64,000 nt of DNA from Balanoglossus misakiensis (lineage: Eukaryota; Animalia; Hemichordata). The stretch spans positions 486,783 to 550,782 of the forward strand of contig CM082580.2 of NCBI GenBank assembly GCA_040954595.2, in the 5' to 3' direction. Below are positions 59,344-64,000 of this stretch, one piece after another (the first letter of the stretch is position 1; each line of letters opens with the position of its first letter). The notes under the pieces are model-generated. The model saw nothing but the letters and a program-made list of their open reading frames with translations. It did not search any database and was not told the origin of the DNA. The translations under genes and the position numbers were made by a program.

Positions 59344-61797
59344 ATGCCAAAATCAACACTAAAAGAATTAAGCCAGAAAGAGACCAACACCTACCACGAT
59401 GTTACCACTCAAGTTAAACTAATCTACTATGAAAATACCTCGACCAACGAAAAATTTAAACGGGCTGTGGTGGCAGACCACACCGCTGCCACCACTCTGT
59501 ATATCTGGTCAACCAGAGAAGACACGTTGTCTTTATTGAGAGCAAATGAAGGAAGTACACTATTTCTTCGTCCGAAAATTTACGTGCGTTCCAACGGGAT
59601 TTCCATCAACCAAGGCTCCACCTTGGCTGTTAATAGGGTGGACCTCAACATTCCTGAAAGTGTCGCAACCGAGGCTCACGGACTTCGCTGTCGCATGACA
59701 GAGCAAGCACCCACTGCTGCTGTTGTCACTATGGCCGCAGCAATTGCCGACAACACCAATTATCACAACATATCAGGAACTGTAGTAAGGGTAAGTTTAC
59801 ACTTAAAATGCTCACTCATTTCACAATTCACCCATTTTCGCCCTAGATATTTCGCGGCCAACAACAATCTCACGTAATCGGATTACCCGCCCACTTCCAT
59901 TGTCACGAATAAACTCTGCCACAAATCAACACCAACACGTTACTTTAATTGACGTAGTCGTGTTTTCCACAAGATCACGAACATTTCGCTTACGCTTTAT
60001 TGACTTCATTCACTCCTCTGTTACCCATATATACAATGACCGTCTTCGTTTTCCCGACGTTACACGACCTTCACCACAGCTGGTCACGTACCGTACACCG
60101 AACAACCGCGTATGCAATGCTATTCCACGTCGTGAAGATCCCTCGATGCACAGGAGAGGGGTCCGTTCCCTATCGACCTCGAAGGGTAGAAAGGTCCGTT
60201 TCCTATTGACTTCTACCCCCACCTCACCTTTTCCCGACCGTTCATCTCACAAACCTCATGGTACACTCTTTACCGTTTTCCATTTGTTTATTACTTCTTC
60301 TGTCTTTTAGGTTCAAAACACCAAAGCCACCCACACCCGGTACGGCAAATTACCACGCAGAACTATTGGATTTGGAGACAGCTCAGGGGTGTACAAACTA
60401 ACCGTATGGGGAGATCTTACGAAGTGTGAGCTCACCACTGGTGATGTTATAACTATTACCAATGTGAAGAAAGCTGCCTCGTTCAACAACCGCCTCACAT
60501 CCAGGCAATCCACCACAATATCAGTATCGGTAAGTACTTCACTGATCAGTCAATACAATACACTATACAGTGTATACCAACAGGAAATTGTCCTGGTACC
60601 ACCCCTTTCGTTTTCAGGTATTATGTTCACTACAAACAACTTGACTATACTGAAACTGTCCACTGTTTTTCCTGTATTCCCTGCTCAAACAATTCATTAC
60701 AATATTCACATTTCTTTTTCTTTGCCCATGACAACATATAGTGAATCCACAAGTAACATTTCAATACTATTCCAAACTTTCGTTTCCACTTTTCCAAATG
60801 CGTTCAGTACTTTGTTTTGCAATCAAAGCTTCTTCCTCAGAGCTACATTATTCAACATAATAGTAGACAACATATATTATCCGCTGTTGTCATTATTCAG
60901 TTCTTCAAACATCCAATTCAGCATCTACATTTCCAGACACACGAACCACAGCTTCATTTATCAAAAACACACGCAGGTAATCTAATCTTTCCCTAATTCT
61001 ATTTCAGGCTCATGAAACCCTATCACACCAAAACACTACAGACACCTTATCGGCGGATTCCGATGACAGCTCAAACTGGACAACCGGGACATTACAAGGG
61101 CTCTCCAATCTACAGAGAGTTCTCTTATGTGCAGATGCGCCTCGGTGCAATGGATTTCTCAATGACAGCAACAGGTAATCCAAAATTCCTCTTCATCCGC
61201 ACTTACCACCAGCCCCTCAATACCTTGTGTGCAGACACCAGCTGAGCTATACATAGCAGTTTTTTCATGCAATGTCCCATTTTCAGACATAAGCCATTCC
61301 GCTGGAAAAATTTACCAGTGCACAGCCACTCAATAACATCTCTTCCTTATATCCCAACAATCCAATTGGCTACCTTACAACTAAATATTCACATGACATC
61401 CGTAACATCCCTTATTCAACTTTACTTCAATACTTATATTCTTCCACATTACTGCATGTTACACCCTTTCCACATCAGCCAGCAATCAACATATTTATTC
61501 CACCAACTTCAACATTGCCTATTTCTCATTTCTTTCAGATGTCGTTTCTGCAGAAAGAATAAAAGCCCATCCTGCAGACCAGGCACAATACTTTCCCTCT
61601 TAATACAAACCGGTGATGACCTTGACACATACAAGATCTACCCAAAGGAGACCAAGTATTTACTCAGAAAATTCTCCATTAACCCCGTCAACACCACCCA
61701 GAAACAACTGCAGGACGCCGTCACCGACATCTGCGATGGACGCGAGCTCCAATTTAAGGCCAACTCTGCCAACACCATCACCACTTTCAAAAACTAG
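59344..61797 (+). CDS. Four-exon RPA1(RPA70)-like OB-fold ssDNA-binding protein, ~363 aa; exons 59344-59790, 60311-60529, 61008-61174, 61539-61797
   Basis: All introns are GT-AG with compatible phases (0,0,2), giving a 1092-nt open frame. OB-fold motifs RAVVADHTAATTLYIW and ISGTVVRV..RTIGFGDSSGVYKLTVWGD..GDVITITNVK. The split zinc ribbon CADAPRC..NR|CRFC resembles RPA1 DBD-C. Confidence 0.82.
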
Positions 61798-62531
61798 TGT
61801 TTTTCAACGTACTGCCTTCATTTGCTCTCCATTCCACAACCCTTTCCCGATTACACACTTTACCAGCGCTCCCTCCATTCATTCATTATAACATTTCCTT
61901 CCCTGCTTTTTTTATTACACTTGAAGACATTTTTTAGTGACACATTCTTTTTATTTCACATGCTTTTAGTTATTTGTTCAGTTTGTCATTTTCTTTCTTG
62001 CCTTTTTTTTATGTGACATTCACATTTCTCTACTTGATTTGACATTTTTCACTGTTTTTTTCCCCTAGGTTAGACAATTTTTGACTGCTTCATTTAATTA
62101 GACATTTTTTCCAATGATTTTTTTATTTCAGTTTACACGTTCTTCAGTGATACATTTTATATTTAACATTTCTTTAGTATTTTGTACCATTCAACATAAT
62201 TTATACTTGTTACTGTTCTCTTTATTTACTTTGACATTTTTTACTGCTTCCATTACATTTTTTATTGCGTCATTCAATTTCATTTCTTTAAAACAATTTA
62301 TATGCAACACAACTCATTCCCATTGTTATATTTATTACTTTACATGATTTATAATTAAACTACAGAAAACGTACACTGCCTGCTCCCTTCTTTCGTGCTT
62401 AAACATTGAATTTCAGTATGCTGCCCAATTCAGCAAAATAGACACTGGATGCCTTACCTACCTCTGCTACTGTGGCACCCCTCATCTCCGTACTCCACTG
62501 TTTAAATGGGACCACAGTGTCCTTGACGCTA

Positions 62532-64000
62532 TTTTTGATGATTTTCACCCATATTATTTTTCAAAAACCGACGAAATTTTGAAATTTTGCAGTCGAAAAT
62601 TTGTCATTTTTTGATGATTTTCACCCATGTTTTTTTTTTAAAATGGACGAAATTTTGAGATTTTGCAAAGACGAAAATTTGTCATTTTTTGATGATTTTA
62701 ACCCATGATTTTTTTTCAAAAATGGACGAAATTTTGAGATTTTGCAAAGTCGAAAATTTGTCATTTTTTGATGATTTTCACCCATGATTTTTTTCAAAAA
62801 TCGACGAAATGTTGAGATTTTGCAAAGTCGAAAATTTGTCATTTTTTGATGATTTTCACCCATGATTTTTTTCAAAAATCGACGAAATTGTGAAATTTTG
62901 CAAAGTCGATAATTTGTCATTTTTTGTTGATTTTCCCCCAATGGTTTTTTTCAAAATCGACGAAATTTTGAGAATTTGCAAAGTCGAAAATTTGTCATTT
63001 TTTGATGATTTTCCCCCATGTTTTTTTTTTAAAATGGACGAAATTTTGAGATTTTGCAAAGTCGAAAATTTGTCATTTTTTGATTATTTTCACCCATGAT
63101 TTTTTTCAAAAATCGACGAAATGTTGAGATTTTGCAAAGTCGAAAATTTGTAATTTTTTGATGATTTTCACACATGATTTTTTTCAAAAATCGACGAAAT
63201 TGTGAGATTTTGCAAAGTCGATAATTTGTCATTATTTGATGATTTTCCCCCAATGGTTTTTTTCAAAATCGACGAAATTTTGAGATTTTGCAAAGTCGAA
63301 AATTTGTCATTTTTTGATGATTTTCCCCCATGTTTTTTTTTTAAAATGGACGAAATTTTGAGATTTTGCAAAGTCGAAAATTTGTCATTTTTTGATGATT
63401 TTCACCCATGATTTTTTTAAAAAATCGACGAAATTGTGAGATTTTGCAAAGTCAAAAATTTGTCATTTTTTGATGATTTTCACCCATGTTTTTTTTTTAA
63501 AAAAACGACGAACCTATGATTTTTTTTCAAAATCGACGAAATTTTGAGATTTTGCAAAGTCGAAAATTTGTCATTTTTTGATGATTTTCCCCAATGATTT
63601 TTTTCAAAAATCGACGAAATGTTGAGATTTTGCAAAGTCGAAAATTTGTCATTTTTTGATGATTTTCTCCCATGATTTTTTTTCAAAAATCGACGAAATT
63701 GTGAGATTTTGCAAAGTCGAAAATTTGTCATTTTTTGATGATTTTCACCCATGTTTTTTTTTTAAATCGACGAACCTATGATTTTTTTTTAAATCGACGA
63801 AATTTTGAGATTTTGCAAAGTCGAAAATTTGTCATTTTTTGATGATTTTCACCCATGATTTTTTTCAAAAATCGACGAAATTGTGAGATTTTGCAAAGTC
63901 GATAATTTTGTCATTTTTTGATGATTTTCAACCATATTATTTTTCAAAAACCGACGAAATTTTGAGATTTTGCATAGACGAAAATTTGTCATTTTTTGAT
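62532..64000. repeat. 78-bp satellite, right of the Helentron (runs past the window end)
   Basis: Same monomer as 45134-46018; resumes at TTTTTGATGATTTTCACCC. Confidence 0.95.

Larger units (their letters stand above)
46019..62531 (+). mobile_element. Full-length autonomous Helentron (Helitron2, endonuclease-encoding), 16.5 kb
   Basis: 5' hairpin AGGTCCCAT-T-GGTATA-GGCCTA-TATACC-ATGGGACCT (46019-46055) followed by a microsatellite. 3' subterminal inverted repeat AATGGGACC (62505-62513) and AGTGTC-CTT-GACGCT stem-loop. Inserted in a T-run with the satellite resuming in register. Carries an intact RepHel ORF. Confidence 0.93.

Noticed and set aside
62621-63752. Repetitive ORFs in the 78-bp satellite (also 45617-45883)
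   Set aside because: Translation artefacts of a tandem repeat with variable T-run lengths.

Overview
Eukaryotic (invertebrate-type, AT-rich, spliceosomal introns) genomic window dominated by repeats. (1) 1-4300: Helentron-related non-autonomous sequence, a 5'-truncated L2/CR1-group LINE end and a 50-bp minisatellite. (2) ~4311-33985: a ~30-kb array of a 90-bp satellite with a 74-bp deletion variant. It contains three near-identical 832-bp TIR elements at the same insertion site, so the insertion was amplified with the array. The long ORFs here are repeat artefacts. (3) 34840-44932: eleven minus-strand exons of a CUB-CUB-CUB-Sushi x4-EGF-EGF (Uninflatable-like) gene with an in-frame TGA, a broken splice acceptor and a frameshifted, truncated exon; the introns are full of MITEs. 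(4) 46019-62531: an apparently complete 16.5-kb autonomous Helentron (Helitron2) inserted in a T-run of a 78-bp satellite. It has both diagnostic termini, an uninterrupted ~2550-aa protein (herpes-tegument-type deubiquitinase-like protease, basic 21-aa repeats, Zn finger, HUH Rep, PIF1 helicase, AP endonuclease), and a second, 4-exon RPA1-like ssDNA-binding gene that the ORF track does not assemble. All domain calls come from motif recognition by eye; no database searches were run.
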